From a virus (lineage: Duplodnaviria > Caudoviricetes): a stretch of 64,000 bases of DNA. The first letter of the stretch is position 1. Each line of letters starts with the position of its first letter. The DNA is taken from positions 1-64,000 of the IMG/VR virus record IMGVR_UViG_2627853856_000004. The stretch is one strand, 5' to 3'. Below the pieces are notes generated by a model, which saw only the letters and a list, made by a program, of their open reading frames with translations, did no database searches and was not told where the DNA came from. Shown here piece by piece: positions 20,283-31,321 of this stretch. Both the position numbers and the translations under genes were made by a program.

Positions 20283-20632
20283 TTGGCGTCGCTCGGCGCC
20301 AGCTGATCGACAGTGATCTGTTCACCGGTCAGTCCGAGCGAGGCGCTGGCATCTTCCAGCATTTCGCCCTCGGCAAGGTCGCGCGGTTGCAGCTCGGCCG
20401 TGTCGGCAACATCGACTGGCGGGCGCGGCTGACGCGGCTTGCTGCCGCCCTTCCGCCCGTTATCGTCATGGTCGAGCGGGTCCGCCCTGACAGCGCCGCC
20501 ACGCTCAACGAGCAGCGCCGCACGCTCCGTCGTGGTATCCCCGCCAACGACAAGGGTTTCCCCCGCATCCGCGAATATCCAGTTGCCGTCGACCAGCTTT
20601 CTATCGGCGGTGTTAAGGGTGATCTTCTTCAT
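20279..20632 (-). CDS. Hypothetical head-associated protein
   Basis: RBS AAGGAG; position. Confidence 0.55.
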   Translation of the reverse strand: MKKITLNTADRKLVDGNWIFADAGETLVVGGDTTTERAALLVERGGAVRADPLDHDDNGRKGGSKPRQPRPPVDVADTAELQPRDLAEGEMLEDASASLGLTGEQITVDQLAPSDAK

Positions 20633-20731
20633 GGGAATCTCCTTTCCAGGCCGTCGCACACGGCGGCCTGAAAAAGAGGGCGGCCCCGGCAAACCGGAAC
20701 CGCCCCCTCTCGTTCATTATGATCAGCTAGA

Positions 20732-21190
20732 TCAGGTAAGGATCACGCCTGCCGCTCGAAGCTCGGCGAGCAGGATATTGAGCTTGACGACGACCGCCGC
20801 GACGTTGTCGCCGCCACCTGCATCGGCGATAGCTGCGCCAGCAGCCGCGATCCGGGGAACAAGTACAACCTTCGCCAGCGCAACCGTCGAAACCTTGTCT
20901 TCGACAAAGACGCCGACCAGCATGTTGCCAGTGGCCGTCTTGGTGATCTTCTTGGCCGTGGCATCCCAATAAGCGGAATCGCCGGCAGCCGCCGCCTGGT
21001 TGGTGGCATGCACCGCCGCTGCCAATTCAAACACGCCACGGCGGCGCCCGATAAAGGGTTCACCTTCATCAGCGTCGATCGTAGCGACGACAAATAGAGC
21101 ACCGATCAGGACACCGCGAAGGGCGACGACACCCCCGGCGGGAGCAATGAGAGGAAGGGCATCGCCTTCCGGCTGAATAATACGAGCCAT
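20732..21190 (-). CDS. DUF2190 capsid cement/decoration protein
   Basis: GVFEL, GDSAYWD, TATGNMLVG motifs after the capsid gene. Confidence 0.85.
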   Translation of the reverse strand: MARIIQPEGDALPLIAPAGGVVALRGVLIGALFVVATIDADEGEPFIGRRRGVFELAAAVHATNQAAAAGDSAYWDATAKKITKTATGNMLVGVFVEDKVSTVALAKVVLVPRIAAAGAAIADAGGGDNVAAVVVKLNILLAELRAAGVILT

Positions 21191-21205
21191 AGTCTTTCAC
21201 TCCAA

Positions 21206-21238
21206 ACGACAAGGGCGGCCCGAAGCCGCCCTTGTCGT
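21206..21238. terminator. Hairpin after the capsid gene
   Basis: ACGACAAGGGCGGC-CCGAA-GCCGCCCTTGTCGT. Confidence 0.55.
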
Positions 21239-21283
21239 GATTTCAGAATCTTCCGATGCGCCGGAACGCTTCGGATTGATGGT

Positions 21284-23359
21284 TTAGGCGACGCCGGTGC
21301 TGCGACCGGCCGATCGAGAGTTGACACCGCCGACGCCATAATCGAACCGCACCTTCCACTCGGTGCCGTCCACCCGCCAGCCTTCCTCACTGTCGAGGAA
21401 CGGTTCCTGCACACCGTCGAGGAAGGCAACCTCGATCGCCGGCGCGATGTTCGGATCGGCGAAGCTGTACCACGGGGTGCCCGTCAGCCTTGGCGTCCCG
21501 ACAACATCCTGGAACATGCCGGCCACCATGTTGGGCTTCTGCAACTTGTTTGCGGTATCCGGATCATATTCGGACCGATTGATGACGTCGACCGTGCCAC
21601 GCAGGCTGAGCGGCCCGAGCCAGACGGCCGGGCGGATGTCGAGAAATTCATTCCCGCTCAAGTCGAGCTGGCTTCCCATCAGCACCGCCATTGCATCGAA
21701 GGCAACAACGGACGGCGCCCCCGTGCCGACATTCAGGTGGTCCACATGGAACAGCGCCTTGCCGTCGTTCATCGTCGGCCCAAAGCCGCCATTCTGCGCG
21801 AGTAGGGCATAGACGTCCTTCTCGATCGACAGCTTCGCCGCACGGCCGAGATCGACGGCCAGGCCCGAAAAGGCGTCCATATCGTCGTTGACGATCGCCT
21901 GTCGCGACAGGGCGATGATATTGCCCTTCGTCTTTGCGGTGATCGTTTCCTTCGCAGCGTCGGGGATCGGCTTGTTCTGGAACTCGCCATTTTCCAGCAG
22001 ATCGTCGAGGCTGCTGAAGGTGCCGCGCAGATAGCGGTTGTGCGCCCGGAAATCGGACACGGAGCCGACGCCGCAGAAGCGCGACCACGTATCGGGCGTG
22101 ATCGCATAGGCTGCCTGCAGCACCTTGTGCATCACGTTCTCCAAAAGAACGGGAAACTCACTGGTGGTCTGATAGGAGCTGGAGCCCTGCGCGCCGATCG
22201 CCATCTTGACGATCACGTCGCGATCGTAACTCGCACAGCGGATGCCCGCCATATCGAGCGACATACGCGCCAGCTCGACATTGCGAATGCCGCGGAACTC
22301 GCCCGGATCGAGGTCGATCTTATCGCCGCGCGCCTTTGCGGCCGCGTTGATGAGGCCCGCGAGACCCGCGCGATGGATGATCGAGTTCATCGCGCCGATC
22401 TTGAATTTCTCGCGCGCGTCCTGCGTCACAACGGCGGGTCCGCTATGCCCGATGCCGACCGCATCGCCGGCCTCGGCGAGCTTGTCGAGGATCACGCCGC
22501 GTGCGTCTTCGAGCGACTTGCCCTCGGCGATCAGCGTGTCGGCCAGGGCCGTGCCCAGCTTGTGCTTCTCGACCAGAGCGCGAATCCCGCTGATGCGCGT
22601 GCGCTCGGCCGTGACTGCGGCGGCCGAAGCCGTGCTGGCGAGCGCCTGGGCGGCTTCGGTCGTGATCGTGTCAGGTGCCTGGTTGCCCGGCACCGTGTCA
22701 TTACCCTGTGGGTGGGGCATGTCATTACCTTTCGGCTTGGGACCGGCAAAGGCCGGCCGGGTGGTGCCCATCGCCATGGCGGCGATGCGCGAACTATCGG
22801 GCGCCTTGCGGAACCCGAATTGCTTGATGTCGAAAGCGGCCACCTGGGCGGCGGCGACTTCGACCGAACTGATCGACGTGATGAACTTCTGGTCGAGCGC
22901 CTCGCTCGCGGTCAGCCAGGTCTCTGCGTCGAGCATCGGGATCAGCGTCGCCGCGTCGATTCCCGTCTGCTTGGCGTAGATGCTGACCATGATGTCGCGG
23001 AGCTGGTCGAGCCGATCGGCCGCACTGCGTAGCTCGATCGCGTCGCCACAGGCGCAGTCCCACGGATTGTGGATCATCATCAGGGCGTTATCGGCCATGA
23101 CGATCTCTCCACCCGCCATGGCGATGATCGAGCCCATCGAGGCCGCCAGACCATCGACATAGGTGGTGACCTTTCGGCCCTTGGCGCGCTCGCGCGTGAT
23201 CGCGTTGAATATCGCGATCCCCTCCATGACTAGGCCACCGGGGCTGTTGATCCGGATGTCGAGATCGTCGTCACCCGCCGATATCAGCGGAATAAGCCGG
23301 GTCGCTTCGAGCCCGTCCCACCAGTCGCCGATCACCCCGTAAACAAGGATTTCTGTCAT
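21284..23359 (-). CDS. ClpP-like prohead protease / major capsid fusion
   Basis: INSPGG, GLAASMGS, MMIHNP, ETWL followed by a capsid domain (SRQAIVNDD). Confidence 0.92.
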   Translation of the reverse strand: MTEILVYGVIGDWWDGLEATRLIPLISAGDDDLDIRINSPGGLVMEGIAIFNAITRERAKGRKVTTYVDGLAASMGSIIAMAGGEIVMADNALMMIHNPWDCACGDAIELRSAADRLDQLRDIMVSIYAKQTGIDAATLIPMLDAETWLTASEALDQKFITSISSVEVAAAQVAAFDIKQFGFRKAPDSSRIAAMAMGTTRPAFAGPKPKGNDMPHPQGNDTVPGNQAPDTITTEAAQALASTASAAAVTAERTRISGIRALVEKHKLGTALADTLIAEGKSLEDARGVILDKLAEAGDAVGIGHSGPAVVTQDAREKFKIGAMNSIIHRAGLAGLINAAAKARGDKIDLDPGEFRGIRNVELARMSLDMAGIRCASYDRDVIVKMAIGAQGSSSYQTTSEFPVLLENVMHKVLQAAYAITPDTWSRFCGVGSVSDFRAHNRYLRGTFSSLDDLLENGEFQNKPIPDAAKETITAKTKGNIIALSRQAIVNDDMDAFSGLAVDLGRAAKLSIEKDVYALLAQNGGFGPTMNDGKALFHVDHLNVGTGAPSVVAFDAMAVLMGSQLDLSGNEFLDIRPAVWLGPLSLRGTVDVINRSEYDPDTANKLQKPNMVAGMFQDVVGTPRLTGTPWYSFADPNIAPAIEVAFLDGVQEPFLDSEEGWRVDGTEWKVRFDYGVGGVNSRSAGRSTGVA

Positions 23360-24867
23360 TTCGCGTCCCTCTGTTCGGTGTGCTTGTCCAGTGACACCGC
23401 GTTGCCGACCGCAGTCACCTTGCGGGGATCACTGTCGAAGGTCAGGCCGAGTGCGTCGAAACGCTGCGCGTCTTCGGCCCATTCGGTGAAGAAGGTGTCG
23501 GGATCGTGCCCGCGTTCGCGGACCGCCTCCGAAGGCGTCATCTGGCCCGAGCGGATCGCGTCGCGGATCGCCGGCACCTCGCTGGCCGGATCGAGCATCG
23601 GAACGCGGGGCGGCGTCCAGCGCATCGTGACCCCCTTCAGATCCTCGCCCATCATGTCGAGCGCATCGAACGTCCAGCGCTGCACCGCGCCGCAAAACTG
23701 CGGGATGAACATGAGCCACTGGTGCGTCGCGTTCTTGCGATAAAAATTGAGCCGGCCGAGACGGCCCGAGATGAAGCTGACCCCCGACAGATCGCCGGTC
23801 ATGATCTCATAGGGAACGCCGAGCCCTGCGGAGATGGCGTGGAGCGAGACGCTCGAATAATCCTTGTAACCGTCGACCGTCGGCGGATTGGCGAACTCGA
23901 TCTTCCCGTCCCCCGGCATGTCATAGATCATGCCCGGCTCGATGCTCTCCAGCTCGGCGCTGTCGTCATCCTCGTCATTGTCGTTGGCGAGCGCTTCGGC
24001 GCTGTCCGGATCGCCGAAGCGGAACGCCGCAAAGCATGCCGCTATCTTCTGCCGAAGCCCCTGCGCATCCTCATAGTCGGCGAAGTCCTTCATCCGCAGG
24101 ATGACGGGCGCGAGCCATGGAACGCCATGCTCCTGCTCGGGCCGATCGGCGCGGAATACATGCGCGACATCGCTAGCCGGCACGAACTTCGACGTGCTCG
24201 ATCCGGGCCTGATCGAGCCGGGGTGATTCGAGTAGAGCCAGTATCCGCGACGGCGGCCGAGCTGGTCGAACTCGATCCCGTTGATGATGTATCCACCGTC
24301 GGCCAGCGGGCCGTGCTTGCCCATGTCGATATAGTCGGCTTCGAGCAGCTGAAGCTGGAACGGCAGCGGCAGACGATCGCTTGCCCGGCGCCAGCGTCGG
24401 CGCATCACGATCGCGCCGCCGGTCACGATCGCCTTGGCCGCCTGCAATTGGAGGCCATAGAGATCATGGCGGCCGGCCGCGTCGCAGTCGGCCCCATCAA
24501 GATGGGCGCGGACCTTGGCGGTCAGCACCGGATCATGCTTGCCGTCGCGGTAGAGCTGGAAGGTGATTCCCTCCCCGACGATGTGCTCGGCATGCGCCGC
24601 AACGCCACTCGACGCATGCGGATTGTTCCGCACTAGATCGTGCGAAATGCCGCGCAGAGCCATCATCGTGCGCGGGCTCAGCTCGGCATTGGCATCGCGG
24701 ACCTTGCGGCGCCAGCTGGTCGAGCGGCGACCCTGCGTCGCGCCATCATATTCGGCGCTGACTCGGTGCAGCTTTCCTAGTACCAGGCGCGCATGCTCGC
24801 GCTTCGCCGCCCAGCGCGGCGACACGGCCTCAATGGCGCGATCGAGTGCGCTACGCTGGCGCATCAC
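23356..24867 (-). CDS. Lambda-family portal protein
   Basis: DLVRNN, LQLLEAD, GIEFD, GVPWLAP motifs. Confidence 0.92.
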   Translation of the reverse strand: MMRQRSALDRAIEAVSPRWAAKREHARLVLGKLHRVSAEYDGATQGRRSTSWRRKVRDANAELSPRTMMALRGISHDLVRNNPHASSGVAAHAEHIVGEGITFQLYRDGKHDPVLTAKVRAHLDGADCDAAGRHDLYGLQLQAAKAIVTGGAIVMRRRWRRASDRLPLPFQLQLLEADYIDMGKHGPLADGGYIINGIEFDQLGRRRGYWLYSNHPGSIRPGSSTSKFVPASDVAHVFRADRPEQEHGVPWLAPVILRMKDFADYEDAQGLRQKIAACFAAFRFGDPDSAEALANDNDEDDDSAELESIEPGMIYDMPGDGKIEFANPPTVDGYKDYSSVSLHAISAGLGVPYEIMTGDLSGVSFISGRLGRLNFYRKNATHQWLMFIPQFCGAVQRWTFDALDMMGEDLKGVTMRWTPPRVPMLDPASEVPAIRDAIRSGQMTPSEAVRERGHDPDTFFTEWAEDAQRFDALGLTFDSDPRKVTAVGNAVSLDKHTEQRDAK

Positions 24868-25088
24868 AAGCCGCTCCGATACGCGGCGAACCGCTTGCGG
24901 CGTACCCCTGTCGCGACATTGAGCTGCGATGCGATGACCCGCTCAGCCGCCATCAGCGCGTCGGTGGACTGATAGGTGACCTCGCGCCCATCGGCGAAGC
25001 GCACCTTCATGACGCCCGATGCGATGTGCGACCGGATCGTGGTCAGGTCATTCTCGGAATAGGCCACCGTCAATTCCTCTTCAGCCAT
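24864..25088 (-). CDS. gpW-like head completion protein
   Basis: ASGVMKVRFADGREVTY between terminase and portal. Confidence 0.8.
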   Translation of the reverse strand: MAEEELTVAYSENDLTTIRSHIASGVMKVRFADGREVTYQSTDALMAAERVIASQLNVATGVRRKRFAAYRSGL

Positions 25089-27181
25089 GATCCGGTTGCC
25101 CGGCCCGTCAGCTTGTTCACGCCGCGTCGTTTCTTCTTCTGAGCAGCCGGCGCGGAGACGGCACGCGTGCCACCTTCCGCGCCGCGCCCCTGACCATCGG
25201 GCCGATCTCGCGCTGTTTCGTCGATCGCCCCCGATGCGGATGGCTTGATGCTGGCGCTATCGAGCGCCGCCGGTTGCGGGCCGTCGTCGTTCCTCGCCGC
25301 CATGAAGCTCTCCAGATCCTGTTCGGGCACCCGATACTCGGCCGGCACCCAACGCATATGCGTGCGCGTCCCCGCAAACGGCGGGCGCATCAGCGTAGCG
25401 ATCGATTGCACCAGCAAATCGAGCGTTTCATTCCGGGGCCTGATCTTGACCCACTTGCCCTTCTGCTTTTCCTCGGCAGTCAGTTCGTCGAGATACTGAT
25501 CGGCCAGCCCGTGCGGCAGGTGGATATATCCCGGCCCAGGCTGCTCCCGGCGGATGCGAGCGTCTAAAATGTTCTTCAGCTTATGGACGTTTACCGTCCA
25601 CCGCGCCGGGCTGTTCCGCTTCACCCCACCCCGTGTCTTCTGGTCGGAGCGACGGGCGCGGCTTATCAGCTCGGCCTTCGGATTGTTGCCACCTTGCAAC
25701 AGCGTGACCCGCTGCTGGTGGATGCCGGCCGCGACGCACATATGCCAGAACCCGGTCGGCAGATCGGATTCGCCGCCGCGCGCATCGACCGCGACCGATA
25801 GCGGCGGCGGGCTCTGCCCCGACCCGTCCGCGAGCGGCCAAGTGCGGCTGAACAGCGGCAGCAGCGCCGCCCAATGTTCGCGATATTTCAGCGGCTGCAA
25901 GCCGGTCAGCCCATCGTTCAAAGTCTCGATCGCCCAGCGATCAATCAGCCAGGTCTCGTTGCCCTCTCCGACGCCGACCGCCGCGCACTCGAAGCGATTG
26001 TGCTGCACATCGACCAGCAGCAGGATAACCTTCACCCCGCCCGGCACGGTGCCGATCTTCCATCCTGCCTCGCGCCGTGCGCCTAGTTCGTCGATCGTCA
26101 GCGGCTTCTCGCCTGCCAGCTGCGACCGATAATTCTGCCCGCCGCGCGAATTGAAGAAACCGATCAGCGGTGCTTCGTCCTGCCGCGCCTCCCAGGCGAT
26201 CTGGGCGTTGCGCCATTCGAGCGCCAGTTTCGGCCAGCTGGTGACGTTCAGCAGGCCGTCGACCCGGAAGCCCCGCCGACGCCGCCCGACCTTCATGTTG
26301 GTCTGGACGAACCCGCGATTGGGCAGCCCGATCAGACTTTCCAGCAGCCTGCGCCGGTCGTCCGGCTGCAGGATGCACCCGTTCGCCGGGCAGATCACAT
26401 GCGCGCTCGCCTCGGCCTGCTCCGCCGTGCCCTTGTCGTCGAACTTCAGATCGCGCCGGATATCCAGCTCGATGCGTTCGTCGCAACTCGGGCAGATCGG
26501 CCGCAGCCTTTCGTCAGTGCCCTGGGCGACGAAGGCTTCGACGCCGCCGCCATCCTCGCGCGCCGGCGAGCTGCTGATGAATTTCTTGTCGCGACCTTCG
26601 AACCATGTCGCGCGTGCGTCGAGCAATGTCGGCGCGGAGCCCTGCCCCTCGATGTCGTCGGGGATGGCGTCGAAGTCGTCGAGCCATCCACGCGGCACCG
26701 GCCGCGCGCGGAACTCCGAAGCCACCGGCCAGATCGAGGTCAGCAGCATCGCCCGAAATTGTTTCAGGAAGATGTTGTCAGCGCCGATCTCCGGCAGCAG
26801 CTGCGCCTTCACTACCGGCGTCTGCTGGATCATCGGCGCCACGCGGCGCACGACGAAATCCTGCATCAGCGATTTGCTGGGCTGGCAGATCATGAAGCCG
26901 GCCGGATCATGTTCAACCGACCAGCCCATCCAACCCAGCCCGATCTCGGACTTCCCCGCCTGCGCCGGCGCCATAAGCCCGACCTCAGCGGTTTCCGGAT
27001 CGCTCAGCGCGTCCATGATCTCCGGCTGCCAAGGCGCTACCTCGGGATCATAGCTCCGGTGCTCGATCGCCCATTCGCTCACCGTCATCGGCCGCTTCGG
27101 CCGGATCAGCTTCGCCACCGGGCGCAGCAGAACCGCCGCCGTCGCGAAGGGCGGGATCGGCTTGATCGGTTGGAACAGCAT
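25070..27181 (-). CDS. Terminase large subunit (GpA family)
   Basis: AQAGKSE Walker A, Zn motif, VDVQ, RNETLD. Confidence 0.93.
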   Translation of the reverse strand: MLFQPIKPIPPFATAAVLLRPVAKLIRPKRPMTVSEWAIEHRSYDPEVAPWQPEIMDALSDPETAEVGLMAPAQAGKSEIGLGWMGWSVEHDPAGFMICQPSKSLMQDFVVRRVAPMIQQTPVVKAQLLPEIGADNIFLKQFRAMLLTSIWPVASEFRARPVPRGWLDDFDAIPDDIEGQGSAPTLLDARATWFEGRDKKFISSSPAREDGGGVEAFVAQGTDERLRPICPSCDERIELDIRRDLKFDDKGTAEQAEASAHVICPANGCILQPDDRRRLLESLIGLPNRGFVQTNMKVGRRRRGFRVDGLLNVTSWPKLALEWRNAQIAWEARQDEAPLIGFFNSRGGQNYRSQLAGEKPLTIDELGARREAGWKIGTVPGGVKVILLLVDVQHNRFECAAVGVGEGNETWLIDRWAIETLNDGLTGLQPLKYREHWAALLPLFSRTWPLADGSGQSPPPLSVAVDARGGESDLPTGFWHMCVAAGIHQQRVTLLQGGNNPKAELISRARRSDQKTRGGVKRNSPARWTVNVHKLKNILDARIRREQPGPGYIHLPHGLADQYLDELTAEEKQKGKWVKIRPRNETLDLLVQSIATLMRPPFAGTRTHMRWVPAEYRVPEQDLESFMAARNDDGPQPAALDSASIKPSASGAIDETARDRPDGQGRGAEGGTRAVSAPAAQKKKRRGVNKLTGRATGSWLKRN

Positions 27182-27755
27182 CGCTCAGCTTTTCAAGTTG
27201 GTCGGCGACCCAGCCCAAGTCGGCCTCGACTATCCTTTGCAACGTCGCGAGCGCATCGCGCGCCAGCGTGATTTTTTTCGACACACGGTCGGGTAGGCTG
27301 AGAAACCGCCGCTGAAATTCGACGGCCATCTGCCCCAGCGCGGTCTCGACTTCCGCCCGCCGCACGAAATCGCCGCGCAGCACGCCGAGCTTGATCGCCG
27401 CGATCTCCGCTTCGATCAGCTGCTGCTGATCCTTCGCGGTCAGCTCTGGCCGGTCGGGCTGGGCCGAGGCAGCGGCGTCGCCGAGCAAGTTCAAACCGAA
27501 CTGACGGACATCGAGCGCGCGCTGCCGGGCAGCTTCATCGGCCTTGCGCTGCAAGTCGCGGATGAACAGCGCAGCCGCGCCTAGGTCGATTTCCCACGCA
27601 ACTCCACGATCGCCCCGCGTGATGATCGGGAAGTCGGGATTGTCGTCGATATACTTCTTGATCGTCGGCTCGGACCCGAGCCCCGGCATCGCAACCAGTT
27701 CAGACAGATTGCCGATCATGCGCGGCCGCTCAGCATTCGCGCCGTCGTCGATCAT
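27048..27755 (-). CDS. Terminase small subunit
   Basis: N-terminal wHTH plus coiled coil upstream of the large subunit; start uncertain. Confidence 0.75.
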   Translation of the reverse strand: MIDDGANAERPRMIGNLSELVAMPGLGSEPTIKKYIDDNPDFPIITRGDRGVAWEIDLGAAALFIRDLQRKADEAARQRALDVRQFGLNLLGDAAASAQPDRPELTAKDQQQLIEAEIAAIKLGVLRGDFVRRAEVETALGQMAVEFQRRFLSLPDRVSKKITLARDALATLQRIVEADLGWVADQLEKLSDAVPTDQADPALRDGGGSAAPGGEADPAEAADDGERMGDRAPEL

Positions 27756-27813
27756 CGATCCGAACCCAAAAGAGAAAAAGAGCAATCCCGGAAAAACCGG
27801 ACACTCACGTTTC

Positions 27814-27858
27814 ATGCGCCTTTGCGCCCCGCATAGCGCAGGTGCCCAGGAAGGACCC
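27814..27858 (-). other. Putative cos site (cosQ plus cosN)
   Basis: Minus strand GGGTCCT (lambda cosQ sequence), then ATGCG-GGGCGCAAAGG-CGCAT dyad, just upstream of terS. Confidence 0.65.
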
Positions 27859-28174
27859 AAAGGGTGGGGGTGGGTCTATGCCACCCCCACCCGGCGGGCT
27901 TCGCTCCGGGGGCATTATCGGTCGCTGCGGTGATCATGCCGCCCGGCCCACGGAACGGAACGGACGACATGACCAGCGAAGCGGTCGAAAAGCACCGCGC
28001 CCGCCGAGCAAGGGAGCAGGGCGGGCGCGGTCAGGCTTAGGAGAGGATGCCTGAAAGGCCGTTGGTGCCTCGCGTCCATAGCGGTGCCCCAACGTAGGAA
28101 TAAATAGGCCCATTCACCCCTAGAAACGAACACGGAAAAGTTCACGCCGCGCAAGTTCTAGGGCTTGACGGCCT

Positions 28175-28681
28175 CTAGGCCCCGAAACTCCTAGCGTTCA
28201 GCGCATTGGCTATCGCGGTGATGGCGCGGCCATAGCGCATCCGGAGCGCGTCGGTGGTCCATCCCTTGCCGTCACGGCCAAGGCGGCGAAGCACCGCCGG
28301 CCATTCGATCCGCGAGCGGTTGCCGAGCGCGAGCTGCATCAACGCGATGCCGACGATCCGCCGCGCGATACCAGCCTCGACCCACGCCGCCACCCAGCCC
28401 ATCGCCTCGTCCGCCCGCTCGACATCGGCGCGCGCCATGCCGCACGTCACCAGCACCTTGTCGGCATCCCCTGCGTCGGCGATCTCGGGCCGATACTGCC
28501 GCCACATCGCCAACGTGCCGGGATGCAGCCAGCCCCACTCACGATCCGACGATCGCATCAGCACCTCCATCGCCGCCCGCAGCCGTTCCTCGACCGCATT
28601 GAAGTCGTGAAACGCCTGCTGAAGCCCCGGAACCATCGCGGAAGGATCATGGAATGATCCAGCACCATCACTCACCATCAC
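28175..28681 (-). CDS. Probable late transcription activator
   Basis: Q-like position between replication and packaging; C-terminal HTH-like segment. Confidence 0.6.
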   Translation of the reverse strand: MMVSDGAGSFHDPSAMVPGLQQAFHDFNAVEERLRAAMEVLMRSSDREWGWLHPGTLAMWRQYRPEIADAGDADKVLVTCGMARADVERADEAMGWVAAWVEAGIARRIVGIALMQLALGNRSRIEWPAVLRRLGRDGKGWTTDALRMRYGRAITAIANALNARSFGA

Positions 28682-28716
28682 AAAACCCCTTATCTCAATT
28701 ACTTAACCCAACCCTC

Positions 28717-28895
28717 GGAAGGGTTGGAAGGATTGGAAGGATAGATAGGGTTTGTGTGCGCACATCCGCGCGCACACCCGCACCCCCGCACATGGAAGCC
28801 CAGCAAGAAAACCCTTCCAACCCTTCCAGACGCGCAGAAATCCGCCATTTCACCCTTCCGTTAACCCTTCCGCCACCCTTCCACCCGGAAGGGTT
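28717..28895. repeat. Iteron-like origin (GGAAGGGTT/AACCCTTCC-type, about 9 copies in both orientations)
   Basis: Direct and inverted 9-mers immediately after the helicase stop. Confidence 0.7.
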
Positions 28896-31194
28896 ACAAC
28901 ACCGGTTCGCCATCATCGGAGGTGCGGAACCCGTCGTCCGGGTCGCCCCAATTGCCCGCGCGATCGTCGGGTGGCGGCGTCGGCGGCGGCGCGGCCGAGG
29001 CGTCATCATCGACGCTGAAGCTGGTCCGCGCCTTGCCGGTTGCGGCGTCCACGAACTCGTCAGGGTCGCGCACGATGCGCATGCCCAGCCAGTACATCCC
29101 GTCGCTCTGTTTCTTCTGATAGCCCTTGGAGGACATCGCCCGGCTAAAGCCCTTCTGCTTCCACTCGGTCTCGTCCGCGCATTTGCACCACGCCTGAAAC
29201 AGCTCGTAGAGCTTCGACGATCGCGCCGTGCTTTCCGGGTCGGGCACGGTGCAGAGCTTGAGGAAGCGCGCCAGCGGGTCATTCTCCGCGCGATATTGCG
29301 CCGTGTCCTTGGTCACGTCCTCCGGCTCGATCAGCCCGTTCGCCAGATAGTCGAGCAGGCCGGCGACCAAGCGGTTGAAGATGCCGCTCAGCTCGGGCGC
29401 CATCTTGTCCTTCAGGTACGGGTCCTTCTGCCGCGATCCGTGCGGGTTGGTCTCGTCTATGACGCGCTCGCCCCAATGGATCAGCTTCACGCGCCGCCAG
29501 ATGCCGTCATCCGTCTGCCGGATGTCGGGCTTGTGATTGCCCTGCACCGTCAGCTTGAACTGGATCTTCAGATTGAAGAAACCGCGATTGAGGTGGCGCA
29601 CCGGCACCGGCTCGCCGCCGGTCACCAGCTTGATCAGGCCGGTCGATAGCTTGGCCCCTTCGTCGGGCTCCGACGTGCGCAGCAGGCGCACACCGCCCAG
29701 CTTGGCGAGGTCGGGCGAGGCCTGATCGCCGCGCTTCTTGATGCCCTGGTCGAGGAAGCTCTCGATCGGGATGGTGTCGCTATAGTCGCCGAGCGCCTCG
29801 CACCACATATCCATAACGGTCGATTTGCCGTTGCCGCCTAGACCGTACCAGAAGTGGAGCATCTGCAGCCCGACCTCGCTGGTCATCGAATAGCCGCCCC
29901 ACGCGTGGATATAGCGGCGCTTGGCGGCGATCGGCTGCGCCCACTGGATCAGATCGTCATAGATCGGGCACAGCGCCCCCGGCCGCCCATCGGCCGGCGG
30001 ATCATAGATGACCGGAGCGAGCTTGCTCAGCAGATCGTCGCGCCGGTGCGGCGTAAGCTTCACCTCCGCCCGATAGCGTTCCTTGCCGTCCACGATGCCC
30101 AGCGGCACCTTCTTGAAGCGCAGCGTGCCGTTCAGCACGTTGATGGCGAGCGGGTCTGTATCGAACTGATCGACGCGCACCGCGAGCCAGCTGCGCGCGA
30201 TCTGCGCGATGGCGGACAGCTTGCCCGACGCCTCCGACGTGCGCCCCCATTTCTTGATCAGGTCCGACCACAGCGGGTTGCCGCGTGCGTCGGTGACATA
30301 ATCCATGGCATCGTCGCACTCGCCCGTCTCGATATACAGCGCCAGCTGCTTCTTTTCGCGAACCGTAAGGTCCTCGATCGCGACATGATCGATGTCGGGC
30401 CGCTTCACCCCGCTGCCGCCAACGAACGCCGCCTCGTCCTGTATGGCGCGCACCGTGTCGAACACGGCCTGCATCACGACGGCCGGCACGCTCTTTTCGT
30501 CCTGATCGAGCGCGGCCCAGCGGCGGCCGTCCCACCCCATCCAACCCAGCGCCGGCGACCAGCGGAAGTCGCGGCCAAATCGCGCGCGGAACCGCTCGGC
30601 ATTGCCCAGGTCGGTATGCGGGAAGAACAGGCACTCGCGGTTGATCTCGTCCGCGTCGCGCTCGTCCTCATCCCCCCCGCCCCCTTCTTCAGCGTCAGGG
30701 CCGCTCCCTTCCGAACGGAAGCTTTGCAGGGCTTCCCCCGAGGCCGGGGGCGGGGGGCGCAGGCGAGAGGCGGCCGAGGGCGAGGACCTAGATCGCGAAG
30801 CCCGCGCGCGGGCCGCTTCCTCGATCTCGCGAAGGTCGCGCGGTTTCGCCTGCCCATCGCGCAGCCCGCGATCGAGCGTGGAGCGCGCGCCGTCCGGATC
30901 GTCATTGCCGGGCATCCGGTCGATCACGTCCTGTATCGCCGCGCGCGCCACGCCCTCGCTCAGCGCGCCGGCCGCGACCAGCGAGCCCATCTTAAGCCCG
31001 GCATGATAGATGCCTTGGTTGCGGCCGTTATATTGCCCGCCACCCTTCGGCGTCGCCGCCAATTCGCGGCACTCGCCGTCCAAGGCCGTCAATGCGTACT
31101 TTCGCACCGCATCGGAAGCGTCCGGAAGGGTCGCGCCTGTTCCCCCGGAGGGGGAGGAAGGGGAGGCCGAGGAAGAGGGGGGAGACGATGCGGA
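28894..31194 (-). pseudogene. C-terminal part of the split PrimPol-helicase: P4/D5-family SF3 helicase
   Basis: TDLGNAERF, GLGGNGKS, IKLVTGGE, GIWRR; in frame with the PrimPol half once the insertion is removed. Confidence 0.9.
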
Positions 31195-31241
31195 TGTAGC
31201 GCGACAAGAGGTTCTGGAGTCTTGGACAAGAGGTTTTAGAG
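31195..31241 (+). repeat. Element end with two tandem transposase sites
   Basis: GACAAGAGGTTCTGGAG (31203) and GACAAGAGGTTTTAGAG (31225), 22-bp period. Confidence 0.85.
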
Positions 31242-31274
31242 CACTCAATCGCGACGACATGGCTCCTCTTAGCA

Positions 31275-31309
31275 GCCGTTGAAGGGTCAATCAAAGGCCC
31301 TTCAACGGC
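31275..31309. terminator. Hairpin after the last gene of the element
   Basis: GCCGTTGAAGGG-N11-CCCTTCAACGGC. Confidence 0.5.
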
Positions 31310-31321
31310 CCCTTCCGAGTG

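Noticed and set aside
28127-28144. GAAC...GTTC near the late promoter as an SOS box
   Set aside because: Inverted arrangement with 8-nt spacing does not fit the GTTC-N7-GTTC direct repeat
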